DNA from: an uncultured cyanobacterium
GTDB taxonomy: Bacteria > Cyanobacteriota > Cyanobacteriia > Phormidesmidales > Phormidesmidaceae
Direction: 5' to 3'
Length of the DNA: 64,000 nt
Assembly (NCBI GenBank): GCA_963796235.1
Contig: CAWCKX010000002.1
Coordinates: forward strand, 843,764-907,763
Of this stretch, positions 18,163-28,832 are shown one piece after another. The notes under the pieces are model-generated. The model had not been told where the DNA came from. It saw nothing but the letters and a program-made list of their open reading frames with translations, and ran no database searches. The position numbers and the translations under genes are program-made. How positions within the stretch are numbered: the first letter of the stretch is position 1; every line of letters begins with the position of its first letter.

Positions 18163-21100
18163 ATGAACAAGGGCAAAATAAGAATTTACGAGCTATCAAA
18201 GGAGTTGGGACTGGAAAACAAGGACATTTTAGCCATTTGCGAACAGCTAGAGATTGCGGTCAAGAGCCACAGCAGCACTATCGCTGGAGAAGATGCCGAA
18301 CGGATTAAAGCCGTGGCGGCCTCCAGCGAGTTTAAGCCAGCTAGTCAATCTACGCCTGTCGCAGCCAAGGCCAAACCCCCTCGTAGCAGCGCCGCAGCCG
18401 GGGCCAAGCGTCCTGTTGCTAAGCCCGTTCGTCCGCGTCAGCAGCAAATTTTAGAAATTCGCCGTTATCCTCGTTCGGCGACGCCGCCAGAGACACCTCG
18501 CGCAGCAACATCGCCCGAATCGTCAGATGCTAACGGCAGCAGTCATAGCAGTGGGACTGATACGTCTGATGCGCCTGCTTTGGTAGCGCCGCCTAGTCGG
18601 CCAGCCTCTCGGTCTGAGGCGGCACCCAGTGCGCCCGAGAAGCCTGTTGAGCCGGTTAAGCCAGCGCAAGAACCGGCCCGAGAACCGGCTCGCCCAGCCG
18701 CTGTCCGCGAGCCTGAGAAGATTGTGACGACCTCTGGGGCCACTCGTCCTGACCAGCTGAAGCCCCGATTGGTTGAGCCACCGGCCCGACCAGCCGCGAC
18801 TAAACCTGCTGCGCGGGGCGATGACGACGACGATGGTGATGACAATGGGATGGAATCGTCTAGTCGGGTGGCTCGTCCGGTACTCAAGCGCGATCGCTCA
18901 GCCGGTAGCGATCGCCCCAGTCGGCCTGCCCCAGGAGGTGCCTCTAGCAGCCCAGCTGCGCCGCCGTCCCCACCAAAACAAGTCGTCGAGCTGCGCCGTC
19001 CGCCCTCCAGGGCCGACGTGCTTGAGAGCACTAGCACAGACAGCGACGATGGAGATGACGATGCCTCGTTTGCCGATCCAGCGCTAGAGCTGCGCCGACC
19101 CACGCCGCCGCGTCCTCCGAAGCGACGAGATCGCGCGGAAGGGGACGATGACGACGAGCAAGAAATCCGACCGAAGAAGGTCACCAAAACCAAGCGCCAG
19201 CGAGTCATTGTTGATGACGACGACGACTTTGAAGATCTAGACGGTGGCGGTGGTGACGTTTCGCAAGAGCAAATCAGCCTTTCGCTGATGCGACCGCCCA
19301 AGCCCAAGAGCCAACGCGCTAAGCCTGCGCCAACAACGAAGAAAGTCAAGCAGCGCGCGCCCTCTCGTCGGGAGCGCCGAGAGCGTCGTCAGGAGGTAGA
19401 GCCCGAAAAGCCCGAGATGATCGTGCTCACAGGCGGCATTAGCGTGCATGACCTAGCTGATCAGCTATCTGTGCCGCAGACCGACATCATCAAGCTGCTG
19501 TTCTTTAAGGGGATTGCGACTAACGTTAACCAGACCTTAGACATGCCAACCGCTGAAATGGTGGCAGAAGAATTTGGGGTAGAAGCAGTCACCGCAGAAG
19601 AAGCGCCTGAAGCTCGCAAGGTCACCGAGATGATCGATGATACTGATCGCGATAAGCTACAGTCGCGTCCACCTGTCGTGACAATTATGGGCCACGTAGA
19701 CCATGGTAAGACCAGTCTGCTCGACTATATTCGTCAGGCTAAGGTCACCGAGGGTGAAGCGGGCGGTATCACGCAGCACATCGGAGCTTATCACGTCGAT
19801 TTGCAGTCCAATCCGAATAGCGATCGCAAATCGGGTCAGATCGTCTTCTTAGACACACCGGGCCACGAAGCTTTCACAGCCATGCGCGCCCGAGGCACCC
19901 GAGTCACCGACATCGCCATTCTGGTAGTCGCTGCTGACGACGGCGTCAGGCCGCAAACCATAGAGGCGATTAGCCATGCTAAAGCAGCCGGCGTGCCAAT
20001 TGTGGTAGCGATTAACAAAATCGACAAAGAAGCGGCTAATCCTGACCGGGTGAAGCAAGAGCTGATGGAATACGAACTGGTGCCAGAAGAGTACGGCGGC
20101 GACACTATCATGGTGCCCGTCAGTGCCATTACTGGCGAAAACGTAGATACCATTCTCGAAATGCTGCTGCTGGTTTCTGAAGTAGAAGATCTGCAAGCTA
20201 ACCCCGACCGACTGGCGCGTGGCACCGTGATTGAGGCCCATTTGGACAAGGCCAGAGGCCCGGTCGCGACGCTCTTAGTGCAAAACGGCACGTTAAAGAT
20301 TGGCGACGCCTTCGCAGCTGGCCCTGTCTTTGGCCGGGTTAAGGCAATGGTAGATGATCGCGGTCATCGCTCAGATGCTGCCAAGCCGTCATTTGCAGTC
20401 GAGGTGCTGGGCCTAAACGATGTGCCCCCAGCCGGTGAAGAGTTTGAGGTTTATGCCGATGAGCGTGACGCCCGCGCTGCCGCCGACGAAAAGGCCATTG
20501 AGCAGCGTCAGTCTCGCTTGCAGCAGACGATGGCCTCTCGCCGGGTGACGCTCAACTCACTTTCTGCGAAAGCGCAAGAAGGCGATCTCAAAGAACTCAA
20601 CTTGATTCTCAAAGCAGACGTGCAGGGTTCGCTTGAGGCGATTTTAGGATCGCTCCAGCAGCTGCCTCAAAATGAGGTACAGATTCGGGTGTTGATGGCA
20701 GCGCCGGGTGAGATCAGCGAAACTGACGTTGATTTAGCAGCGGCCAGTGGCGCTGTGATCATCGCCTTTAATACCACGCTGGCTTCAGGAGCACGGCAGT
20801 CTGCCGACTATCTGGGCGTAGATATTCGCGACTACGACATCATCTACAAACTGTTAGAAGATATCGAAGGGGCGATGGAAGGTCTGCTAGAACCTGAGCT
20901 GGTGCAAGAACCGCTAGGTCAGGTAGAAGTGCGAGCGGTCTTCCCGGTACGCAAGGGTACAGTGGCAGGTTGCTATGTGCTTTCGGGCAAGGTTACCCGC
21001 AACTGCAAGGTGCGCGTAGAGCGCGGCAGCGAGTCTGTCTATGAAGGCAACCTCGATTCGCTGAAGCGGATGAAGGACGATGCCAAAGAAGTCAATGCTG

Positions 21101-21207
21101 GCTTTGAGTGTGGTATCGCCGTCGGTGGCTTCAATGACTGGAAGGAGGGCGATATTATCAACGCCTTCCGTCTGGTCTCGAAGCGTCGTACTCTCGCCCC
21201 GGCTTAG
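18163..21207 (+). CDS. infB: Translation initiation factor IF-2
   Basis: [20 protein letters not shown]. Confidence 0.98.
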   Translation: MNKGKIRIYELSKELGLENKDILAICEQLEIAVKSHSSTIAGEDAERIKAVAASSEFKPASQSTPVAAKAKPPRSSAAAGAKRPVAKPVRPRQQQILEIRRYPRSATPPETPRAATSPESSDANGSSHSSGTDTSDAPALVAPPSRPASRSEAAPSAPEKPVEPVKPAQEPAREPARPAAVREPEKIVTTSGATRPDQLKPRLVEPPARPAATKPAARGDDDDDGDDNGMESSSRVARPVLKRDRSAGSDRPSRPAPGGASSSPAAPPSPPKQVVELRRPPSRADVLESTSTDSDDGDDDASFADPALELRRPTPPRPPKRRDRAEGDDDDEQEIRPKKVTKTKRQRVIVDDDDDFEDLDGGGGDVSQEQISLSLMRPPKPKSQRAKPAPTTKKVKQRAPSRRERRERRQEVEPEKPEMIVLTGGISVHDLADQLSVPQTDIIKLLFFKGIATNVNQTLDMPTAEMVAEEFGVEAVTAEEAPEARKVTEMIDDTDRDKLQSRPPVVTIMGHVDHGKTSLLDYIRQAKVTEGEAGGITQHIGAYHVDLQSNPNSDRKSGQIVFLDTPGHEAFTAMRARGTRVTDIAILVVAADDGVRPQTIEAISHAKAAGVPIVVAINKIDKEAANPDRVKQELMEYELVPEEYGGDTIMVPVSAITGENVDTILEMLLLVSEVEDLQANPDRLARGTVIEAHLDKARGPVATLLVQNGTLKIGDAFAAGPVFGRVKAMVDDRGHRSDAAKPSFAVEVLGLNDVPPAGEEFEVYADERDARAAADEKAIEQRQSRLQQTMASRRVTLNSLSAKAQEGDLKELNLILKADVQGSLEAILGSLQQLPQNEVQIRVLMAAPGEISETDVDLAAASGAVIIAFNTTLASGARQSADYLGVDIRDYDIIYKLLEDIEGAMEGLLEPELVQEPLGQVEVRAVFPVRKGTVAGCYVLSGKVTRNCKVRVERGSESVYEGNLDSLKRMKDDAKEVNAGFECGIAVGGFNDWKEGDIINAFRLVSKRRTLAPA

Positions 21208-21211
21208 TATC

Positions 21212-22123
21212 GTGATTAGCTTGCAGCAGAACCGATATCTGTGGGTACATTTTGCCGGACTAGCGGCTGTACCCTTGCTGTTGGATGTTTGCTTAGCCGG
21301 ACTTGCTTCGTCTAGGGCTGCTGTTGGCACAACGCTGCTGCTGAGTCCTCAGCTTTGGGCGATCGCCTTAATCGGCATTGTTCCGACGCTGTGGATGCAG
21401 TGGCAGCGACCGTTTTATCTGTTTAGTCTGGTTCCACTGGCGCTGAAGCCCGCTGTTTTGAGTGACGATCAGCGGCGCTGCTTAAAACTGTTAAAATCCT
21501 GGCAGATCAAGGCACTGGCAGCCATTACCGCTGGCTTTTCGCTGTGGGTACTGTGGCAGCTGGCGGAAAAGTCGCTCCAGATTATGCCGCTGACGGCTCC
21601 TGCACCGGGGTTGGCCATTGCGACGATTGCTTTCTTTTTGGTCTGTGTGTTTCTCCAGGTGCCTGTGAGCGCGGCTCGCTTGCTTTTGGTTGGGCAAAAG
21701 ACATTGCAGCGCGTGGCTCCTTATGAGGAAAGCGTGATCGTGCCAAATTTCTTGATTTTAGGGCTGCGGGTGAATCGGATTTTGCCGGTGCCAGTGGCAC
21801 TGGCAGATATGCCTGAAAGTCAGGAATTGGGCAAACGGGAGACAGGAGAGCAGGAGACAGGAGAACAGGAAGCATTAGATACTCAAAAGCTGGATACTCA
21901 AAAGCTGGACACTCAAAAACCTACTGAACTAGACGTTGATTTGCCAGTCGCTAGCGTTCAACTTTCAGAGGAGATACCAGAGGAGATACCAGAAGAGATA
22001 CCAGAGGAGACGCTAGAGGAGATACCAGAGGAGTCTTTGCCGGCAGATGATGAGTGCGTTGGCACGGTACGTCTATCGGTAGATGATAAGGATATCGAAG
22101 CAGGTGCGCAGCCGACTGATTGA
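21212..22123 (+). CDS. Cyanobacterial low-complexity-tail membrane protein
   Basis: Probable GTG start at 21212 just after the infB stop (the track's 21080 start overlaps infB). YLWVHFAGLAAVPL...WMQWQRPFYLFSL, with an acidic repeat tail. Confidence 0.75.
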   Translation: MISLQQNRYLWVHFAGLAAVPLLLDVCLAGLASSRAAVGTTLLLSPQLWAIALIGIVPTLWMQWQRPFYLFSLVPLALKPAVLSDDQRRCLKLLKSWQIKALAAITAGFSLWVLWQLAEKSLQIMPLTAPAPGLAIATIAFFLVCVFLQVPVSAARLLLVGQKTLQRVAPYEESVIVPNFLILGLRVNRILPVPVALADMPESQELGKRETGEQETGEQEALDTQKLDTQKLDTQKPTELDVDLPVASVQLSEEIPEEIPEEIPEETLEEIPEESLPADDECVGTVRLSVDDKDIEAGAQPTD

Positions 22124-22261
22124 TAGAGTTTTTACATAAAAGGGCGTAAATTGGCTCTAGAGCCCTTAGAACCGTGGCAATCATTACAAACGGGCTTAGG
22201 TTCTTGGGCTATTCTTAGACAAATAGGCAGAGCCTGCAAGGTTCAGTTCAGGTTCTGTTCA

Positions 22262-22474
22262 ATGGAGATCACTATGGCAAATATGGCAAATTCATCGCCT
22301 GCTCATGCCGCTCAAGACACTGAGCTTTGGCAGAGCTTGAAAAATGCGATCGCTGCTAGCTCCGGTTTTCAGCGCTGGCGCTCGGAGCAGCTTTCAACCA
22401 TTACCAGCGCCACTTCAGACGACCAGCTAGTGCGTCTGTACCTGCGCGATACGCTAGAGACTTTAGCCTACTAG
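22262..22474 (+). CDS. Small conserved cyanobacterial hypothetical protein
   Basis: LWQSLKNAIAASSGFQRW...YLRDTLETLAY. The ATG at 22262 or 22274 is more likely than the track start. Confidence 0.7.
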   Translation: MEITMANMANSSPAHAAQDTELWQSLKNAIAASSGFQRWRSEQLSTITSATSDDQLVRLYLRDTLETLAY

Positions 22475-22534
22475 AGCTAGCCTCTTGCTCTTTTCTTCTG
22501 GCTAATACAGCCTTCTAACTAATACAGCTAACTT

Positions 22535-22570
22535 AGGCAGGTTCACATCATTAAAGTGAGCCTGCCTTTT
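22535..22570. terminator. Terminator between convergent genes
   Basis: AGGCAGGTTCAC...GTGAGCCTGCCTTTT. Confidence 0.7.
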
Positions 22571-22628
22571 GTATGACTAGAGATATGGCTGCATATAGGG
22601 CTTAGGCGGATGAAACCTGCTGGATTGG

Positions 22629-23225
22629 CTACATGTCTAATTCTCGTCGTCCTTCCAGGGCTCTAGCCAGGGTGACTTCATCGGCATATTCTAAATCACC
22701 GCCCATGGGTAGGCCAAAGGCAATCCGGGTAACCCGGGTAAAGGGCCTTAGCAATTGACCGACGTACAGCGTCGTGGTGTCACCCTCAATGCTAGGACTA
22801 ATGGCCAAAATCACTTCGCCCGTGTCTTCTTTATTAACCCGGTGTACGAGCTGCCCAATATTCAGCTGCTCAGGGCCAATGCCATCCATCGGCGAAATCA
22901 GCCCGCCTAAAACGTGATATTTACCCTTATACTCTCGCGTTTTTTCTAGGGCGATTACATCTCGCGAGTCGGCAACGACGCATAGCGTATGGGGGTCACG
23001 GGTTTGAGACCGGCAAATATCGCAGACCGGCTCAGCCGAGAGGTGAAAGCAGCGAGAGCACTGGCCTACCTGCTGCTTGGCTTCAATCAGGGCGTTAGCT
23101 AAGGCGCGCACCTCTGCGTCTGGGCGCTTAAGCATGTGCATGGCCAGCCGCTGAGCCGACTTTGGCCCGATACCAGGCAAGCGCTGAAATTCTTCGATAA
23201 GTTTGGCGAGGGGGCGCGTGTAAAT
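22629..23225 (-). CDS. recR: Recombination mediator RecR (probable ATT start)
   Basis: [12 protein letters not shown]4 zinc finger, Toprim, [12 protein letters not shown]. The N-terminal [12 protein letters not shown] extends upstream of the track start to ATT at 23225. Confidence 0.95.
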   Translation of the reverse strand: MYTRPLAKLIEEFQRLPGIGPKSAQRLAMHMLKRPDAEVRALANALIEAKQQVGQCSRCFHLSAEPVCDICRSQTRDPHTLCVVADSRDVIALEKTREYKGKYHVLGGLISPMDGIGPEQLNIGQLVHRVNKEDTGEVILAISPSIEGDTTTLYVGQLLRPFTRVTRIAFGLPMGGDLEYADEVTLARALEGRRELDM

Positions 23226-23227
23226 GG

Positions 23228-23428
23228 TCAGGTCTCCTTTTCTTCACTCTTGCCGCGCACAGGCGGCAGTTTTTCTACTAGGCCCATTTCAAAAGCAGTG
23301 TCTGGCAGTTGCCCGGCGATGTATTTGCCCGGTTCAAACAGGCCGCTCGGAGTCATACAGACCTGCCGCAGCTCAACGACTTCTGTCTCTTCAAACATGC
23401 TGCGCGATAGCCGACGTTCTATAGCCAT
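23228..23428 (-). CDS. Small hypothetical protein between raf1 and recR
   Basis: 66 aa with an RBS-like AAGGAAAG, tightly packed between the two genes. Confidence 0.6.
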   Translation of the reverse strand: MAIERRLSRSMFEETEVVELRQVCMTPSGLFEPGKYIAGQLPDTAFEMGLVEKLPPVRGKSEEKET

Positions 23429-23446
23429 CAGAGTGCTTTCCTTTTC

Positions 23447-24577
23447 CTACTCGTCTATTTGCCAATATTCGTGGGTATAGTCTTGATCGAGAATCTTCTG
23501 CGGTCTCATAATCAAGATAACGCCGCCGAGCAGCCCAGCTTGAGGCGCTTCTTCAAACCAGCAAATCTCTAGCTGACCGTCCGCATCGCAAACAAAATAG
23601 CTAAATTCGTCCCACTGGCGCTTAGCCCGGTCGATGATGACCATTACCGGCTCAGTCTTAGCTACCTCATCAGGTGGGTTAGGCAGCTGGCCGTATTCGG
23701 CGAGCAGGGCAATGGGGTCTTCGGCCTTGAGCATCACCTGCCAGCCCGGTACCGGTAGCCAGGCTCCTGTCCCGGCAAATTTCACCATACCAAAGGGTTT
23801 TTCGGGATCGGCGGTAGGCACTGCTTTGTAGTCGGCTGTCGCCAGCGGCAGTTGGCCCGCAACCGGCACGATTACTGGCGAATCGGCTTCGCTCTCTAGC
23901 CGGAAGATGGGCAGACGCGGCGCGGCTTTGGCAGAGACGACTGTAAAGTCAGTTAAAAGCTGTTCGATTTTACTGCGGGCGCTGTCAGAGGTAACAAACC
24001 GCAGACTTTGAGCAATTAGCCGCGATCTGGCCTGCAAGTCGCTCATTTGCCGGGCCAAGCGCCAGTAGTGATAGGCGGCGGCATCGCCCATGGTCTTTTC
24101 AAACCCGACCGGGGGCTGGTCGCTATAGGAAAAGTCTCGTAGCCCTTTGACAATATCTCTTACCTGCTCGCTGTCGAGCCCGTTGTTAAAGGCAAAGTCA
24201 GCGGCAGCGGCGCGGATGTCTTGTGAGAGAATGCGAAACTCGTAGAGGCTGTCGCTGCCTCTGGTTTGATAGTGCGCGCGGGCGGCCTCGCTGACACCAC
24301 CTGCGACCATCGAATCGAAGACCTGAGCGGCGACGATGAGCTGATTTTGCTGAATCGGCTCGAATCCGGTGGCTTCAAAGATGGCTTGGGGCATCATGCC
24401 CGTTTTTTGCAAAGTTTGGCAGGCTTTGCCCCACTCTACCCAGTTGCCTTCTTTGCGGCGCAGCTGATTTTGTAGCGTGTCAATAGCTGACTGGGTGGTT
24501 GTTTGAGGCGGGTGGAGACTGGCTACCTCTGGCGTAGCGTCTGCTTTAGAATGGGGGTCGGGGGAAGTGGCGGGCAT
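23447..24577 (-). CDS. raf1: RuBisCO accumulation factor 1
   Basis: LRRKEGNWVEWG, IFEATGFEPIQQNQ, LYEFRIL, C-terminal WQIDE. The ATG at 24577 is the likely start. Confidence 0.92.
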   Translation of the reverse strand: MPATSPDPHSKADATPEVASLHPPQTTTQSAIDTLQNQLRRKEGNWVEWGKACQTLQKTGMMPQAIFEATGFEPIQQNQLIVAAQVFDSMVAGGVSEAARAHYQTRGSDSLYEFRILSQDIRAAAADFAFNNGLDSEQVRDIVKGLRDFSYSDQPPVGFEKTMGDAAAYHYWRLARQMSDLQARSRLIAQSLRFVTSDSARSKIEQLLTDFTVVSAKAAPRLPIFRLESEADSPVIVPVAGQLPLATADYKAVPTADPEKPFGMVKFAGTGAWLPVPGWQVMLKAEDPIALLAEYGQLPNPPDEVAKTEPVMVIIDRAKRQWDEFSYFVCDADGQLEICWFEEAPQAGLLGGVILIMRPQKILDQDYTHEYWQIDE

Positions 24578-24703
24578 AAATGCTTTTGCTTTGCGAATGA
24601 ATTTTGCTTGACGCAATCCTCGTTTCTACGTAATTATAGTAGTCTGATTACACCTGAGTCATAGGCATACGCCATCGGCTGGTAATGTGGGGTAATCACA
24701 GAC

Positions 24704-24776
24704 GGGGCTATAGCGCAGCTGGTAGCGCACCTCAATGGCATTGAGGGGGTCAGGAGTTCGAATCTCCTTAGCTCCA
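24704..24776 (+). tRNA. tRNA-Ala(GGC)
   Basis: Acceptor GGGGCTA/TAGCTCC with the G3:U70 pair, anticodon arm CCTCA-ATGGCAT-TGAGG, TTCGAAT. Confidence 0.95.
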
Positions 24777-24824
24777 TTTTCTTTTATTTTAACGCTGATT
24801 ACCTCTGGTTCTACGGGCCTAGAT

Positions 24825-25595
24825 CTACTGATTGGCGAGGTTAAAGCGCTGTAGTCGCTCTTGCAGTATCTGGAGCAGCGCTTTGCGGAGTTCGGCCTGT
24901 TTGGTGAAGCTCAGCCGATTGCGAGTGGGAGTGTCGAAGGGGAATTGGCCGGGCAGATCTGGGCGCTCCATTTGGGCCAGAATAATCTGCTCGGGGCGCT
25001 TGCTCTGAAGGGCATATCCCATTTCGACACAGACTTTGGGGCTGGGGATCAGCTGGGGCGGGGTGCCGTCAATGCTGAGAATGGGGGTGCCGTCGGCGAT
25101 GAAGAGGAGCGAGCGCCGAATTTTTCGCATTAGGTCACTATTGATTCGCACTGGCCCCTGGCTGAGACGGTGGGACTCGACTAGGGTGAGAGGTAGGCGA
25201 GACTTATCGTTAAACTTTTTGAGAAAGGCTTCTAGCTCGTCGCGCAGCAGGTCGCTGGAATCTGAGTATTCGCTCTGGTAGCACAAGAAAATAGTCGGAT
25301 CTAGGTTAGCGAGCGAATCTTGCTTGGCGAAGTAGATTTCGTGGCTGATCAAGTCGATGTTGGCGATCGCATAAGTCCCACTGCCCTCGATGTAAAATTC
25401 GACGCGATCGCCTTCGAGGTAGCGCTGAAACCACTCAGCCTGCTTAACGTCTTCAATGTCTTCTAAAAAGTCAGCCCGCAGCGCTGATTTAAGCAGGCTA
25501 TTTTTCGCCAGCCGCAGGTCGTGGGGCCGTTTTTCCAGCTCACGGATGGGTTCGTAGTTACTGAGATACCAAGCCTTGAGCGCGATAATAGCCAT
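24825..25595 (-). CDS. Conserved hypothetical protein with TIR/NDT-like C-terminal domain
   Basis: IFLCYQ...SLLFIADGT...PSPKVCVEMGYA...FPFD pattern. Confidence 0.6.
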   Translation of the reverse strand: MAIIALKAWYLSNYEPIRELEKRPHDLRLAKNSLLKSALRADFLEDIEDVKQAEWFQRYLEGDRVEFYIEGSGTYAIANIDLISHEIYFAKQDSLANLDPTIFLCYQSEYSDSSDLLRDELEAFLKKFNDKSRLPLTLVESHRLSQGPVRINSDLMRKIRRSLLFIADGTPILSIDGTPPQLIPSPKVCVEMGYALQSKRPEQIILAQMERPDLPGQFPFDTPTRNRLSFTKQAELRKALLQILQERLQRFNLANQ

Positions 25596-25722
25596 TGAGG
25601 GGGATTTTCCTTTCTATCCTTGCCTCTTACTCTAAATTATTCCCTGCGATAAAGGCGGTTTGAAAAGCAAAAGTAATACATGTGTTCTGTTTTGATTAGT
25701 TATGCAGGAGTGAGGTGAGTGT

Positions 25723-27307
25723 ATGGCAGGTGTGGTAGCGGCAGGGCATGAGAAAACAGCAGCGGCGGGTCAAGCAATTTTGCAGGCAGGCGGCAATGCC
25801 TTTGATGCGGCAGTAGCAGCGATGCTGGCAGCTTGTGTGGTGGAGCCCACGCTGACCTCGCTGGGTGGCGGCGGCTTTTTGCTAGCCCATCAGTCCGAGA
25901 CAGCAGAGAACACGCTGTTTGATTTTTTTACGCAGACTCCGGGCGATCGCTCAGATGCTGCCCGGCTAGATTTTTATCCGATTGAAGCTAATTTTGGCGA
26001 TTCGGTGCAGGAGTTTCATATTGGCCTGGGGTCAATGGCAGTACCGGGTATGTTGGCGGGCGCACTGAGGGTACATGGAAGATTGGGCCGACTGCCACTG
26101 GAAACGGTGGTAGAGCCAGCGGTGGCCTATGCCCGCAGCGGGGTGACAGTCAGCGGCTTTCAAGCCTACTGCTATCAGCTATTAGATCCGATTTTGATGG
26201 CAACAGCAGGCGCTAGAGAAATTTATGCGCCTGCGGGGCGGCGGCTGCGACAGGGAGAAACGCTGCGACAGCCAAAGTTTGCCGATACGCTGGCATATCT
26301 GGCGGGGCTGGGAGACGAGGGGGCGCTCAGGGCGTTTTATCAGGGAGAAATAGCGCAGCAGGTGGTAAGAGATTGTCAGGCTGGGGGCGGCTGCTTGAGC
26401 CTGGCCGATTTTGAAAACTACCGGGTGATAGAGCGATCGCCTCTTACTATCAACTATCGCGGCGTGCAGATGATTACCAATCCACCACCGAGCGCAGGCG
26501 GCGCGCTGATTGCCTTTTGCCTGGAGCTGCTCGACCGGTTTGATCTAAGTCAGATGAAATTTGGATCGGCTGAGCATTTGACGCTGCTAGCTCAGGCGAT
26601 GCGATGGACGAATGAGGCGAGGCGATCGCACCTAGACGGCTTTCTATTTGAGGAATGCGATTGCAGATAAATTTATCGCCGCTGACCTGATTGACAAATA
26701 CGCCCAGCCACTGGCAGAGATCATGGAACAAGGCGTCAATCGATGGGGCAGTACCACGCACATCAGCGTGATAGATGACGAGGGTAACGCCGCTAGTGTG
26801 ACCACCTCTAACGGCGAGGGCGCTTCCTACGTGATTCCTGGCACTCAAATTATGATGAACAACATGCTGGGCGAAGAAGACCTCAATCCGCACGGCTTTA
26901 ATCAGTGGCCGGTCAATCAGCGGATGTCGTCAATGATGGCTCCCACGATGATTCTCCAAGCTGGAAAGCCGCAGTTGGTTTTAGGATCAGGAGGATCAAA
27001 CCGCATTCGCACCGCCATTTTGCAGGTGATTTCAAATATTTTAGATTTTGGGATGCCGCTAGCTGCTGCCGTAGAAGCGCCTCGAATTCATTGGGAAGAG
27101 GGCGTGTTTCATTTGGAGCCGGGTCTGACAGACTCAGCAGCGGCCACCGGTCTGTGGGCATCCGATCAGCAGGGCACAGACCGCGTATTACAGTGGCAGC
27201 AATCCAATATGTTTTTTGGCGGCGTGCATACGGTGGGCGTCGGCGCAGCGGGCGGATTACAGGGCGCGGGCGACCCTCGGCGCAGTGGCGCGGTAGCCCA
27301 GGCTTGA
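25723..27307 (+). CDS. ggt: Gamma-glutamyltransferase, split by a +1 frameshift at about 26653-26656
   Basis: GGNAFDAAVA, LGGGGF and AVPG in ORF1. GSTTHISVID (Thr nucleophile), SMMAPT and GAGDPRR in ORF2. Confidence 0.88.
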
Positions 27308-27309
27308 GC

Positions 27310-27405
27310 AGGCAGTTTTAACTAGGTAATCTTAACCAGCTAATTTCAACTAGGCAGTTTTAACTAGGCAGTTTTAACTAGGCAGTTTTAACTAGGCAAT
27401 TTTCG
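27310..27405. repeat. 14-bp tandem repeat AGGCAGTTTTAACT (about 7 copies, some degenerate)
   Basis: Visible directly between ggt and the MATE gene. Confidence 0.85.
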
Positions 27406-27423
27406 ACAAGTAATAGGAATAGT

Positions 27424-28797
27424 GTGATGGGCTGGCGATCGCTTCAATCTGAAGCGGCTAAATCTGTGGTGGTAATAGAGGTTCGCGCCTTTTTAGATCT
27501 GGCGGTGCCGCTGGCGATCGCGCAGCTGGCTCAGTTTTCGGTGGGGTTTGTAGACACGATTATGATGGGCCACTTGAGTACAGCGACCCTGGCAGCAGGC
27601 GGGCTGGCATCGAGCACGTTTCAGCTAATGCTCACCGTCACCAGCGGCTTTGTTATGTCAGTGGGCGTACTGGCGGCTGAAGCCTATGGCGCAAACCAAA
27701 AAGGTCGAATTGAGCATTTGGCGCGGCAGGGGTTTTGGCTATCGCTGCTGCTGAGCGTGCCGCTGATGACGGTGCTCTGGCAAACAGCGCCCCTCTTGAG
27801 AGGGTTACAGCAGCCGGAAGCAGTTGTTGAGCTAGCCCAGCAATACTTTACTTGGATTTCGGCGGGCGTTTTTCCGGCGCTGGGGTTTGCGATGCTGCGT
27901 GGCTATGTTTCGGCCTTTTCGCTGGCGAATGTGGTGACGGTAATCGTCATGATCGGAACGGCGTGTAATATTGCTGGCAACTACGTTCTCGGTTTTGGCA
28001 AGCTGGGGTTTCCGCGCTTGGGGTTGGCGGGGCTGGGGCTGGGCAGCAGCCTTAGTCTCTGGCTGATGTTTGGGCTGTTTTTGGCCTACATTTTGCGCCA
28101 AGAGGAGCTGCGCCGCCATCGCTTTTGGCAACAGTGGCAGCGGCTAGATATCGGCGTTTTGCGGCAGCTAGTGGCGATTGGCTTGCCGATTGCAATCACG
28201 TTGGTCTTAGAGATTGGCATGTTTGCAGCAGTCTCTTATATGGCCGGTAGCTTGGGCACTGAAATACTGGCTGCGCACCAGATTGCCTTTCAGACGATGG
28301 CGCTGCTGTTTATGGTGCCGCTGGGTATGTCTTATGCGGTGACGGCGCGAGTGGGGCTGTGGCTGGGTAAAGGCGATCTGAGCGGGGCGCGGCGGGCGGG
28401 GTATGTGGCGATCGCCATCGCTGCTTTCACTTTGTTTTTAGAAGCGATCGCCCTAGTCATTTACCGCCGATCTATCATCGGTTTATTTATCGATTTGCAA
28501 GTCCCCCAAAATGCGCCCGTTATCAACCTAGCGATGAGTCTCCTGCTGATTGCAGTCACCGCTCAGACCATCGACGGCGTGCAGCGAGTCGCCATGAGCG
28601 CGCTTTACGGGCTGCAAGATACCCGCGTGCCGATGCTGATGAGTGCGATCGCCTTTTGGGGCATTGGGCTTACTAGCGGCTACGCTCTTTGCTTCTGGGT
28701 AGGCTGGGGCGCAGTGGGCCTATGGATTGGTCAATACACCGGCATCGCCGTCGCCGGGATCATTTTTGTCTGGCGTTTTCATCGCATGACGCGGTAG
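27424..28797 (+). CDS. MATE family efflux transporter (NorM-like)
   Basis: GFVDTIMMGHL, LAAHQIA, FMVPLG, LQDTRVPM. Confidence 0.92.
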   Translation: MMGWRSLQSEAAKSVVVIEVRAFLDLAVPLAIAQLAQFSVGFVDTIMMGHLSTATLAAGGLASSTFQLMLTVTSGFVMSVGVLAAEAYGANQKGRIEHLARQGFWLSLLLSVPLMTVLWQTAPLLRGLQQPEAVVELAQQYFTWISAGVFPALGFAMLRGYVSAFSLANVVTVIVMIGTACNIAGNYVLGFGKLGFPRLGLAGLGLGSSLSLWLMFGLFLAYILRQEELRRHRFWQQWQRLDIGVLRQLVAIGLPIAITLVLEIGMFAAVSYMAGSLGTEILAAHQIAFQTMALLFMVPLGMSYAVTARVGLWLGKGDLSGARRAGYVAIAIAAFTLFLEAIALVIYRRSIIGLFIDLQVPQNAPVINLAMSLLLIAVTAQTIDGVQRVAMSALYGLQDTRVPMLMSAIAFWGIGLTSGYALCFWVGWGAVGLWIGQYTGIAVAGIIFVWRFHRMTR

Positions 28798-28832
28798 GCA
28801 ATACGCTCTTGGCAGAAATCGGGCGACAGAAA

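Noticed and set aside
18543-19349. Long antisense ORFs over infB, nusA and other genes
   Set aside because: They are shadow frames of GC-rich or low-complexity coding regions.
27310-27405. Possible CRISPR array (also 31323-31397 and 4935-5008)
   Set aside because: These are head-to-tail 14-15-bp units with no unique spacers and no cas genes.
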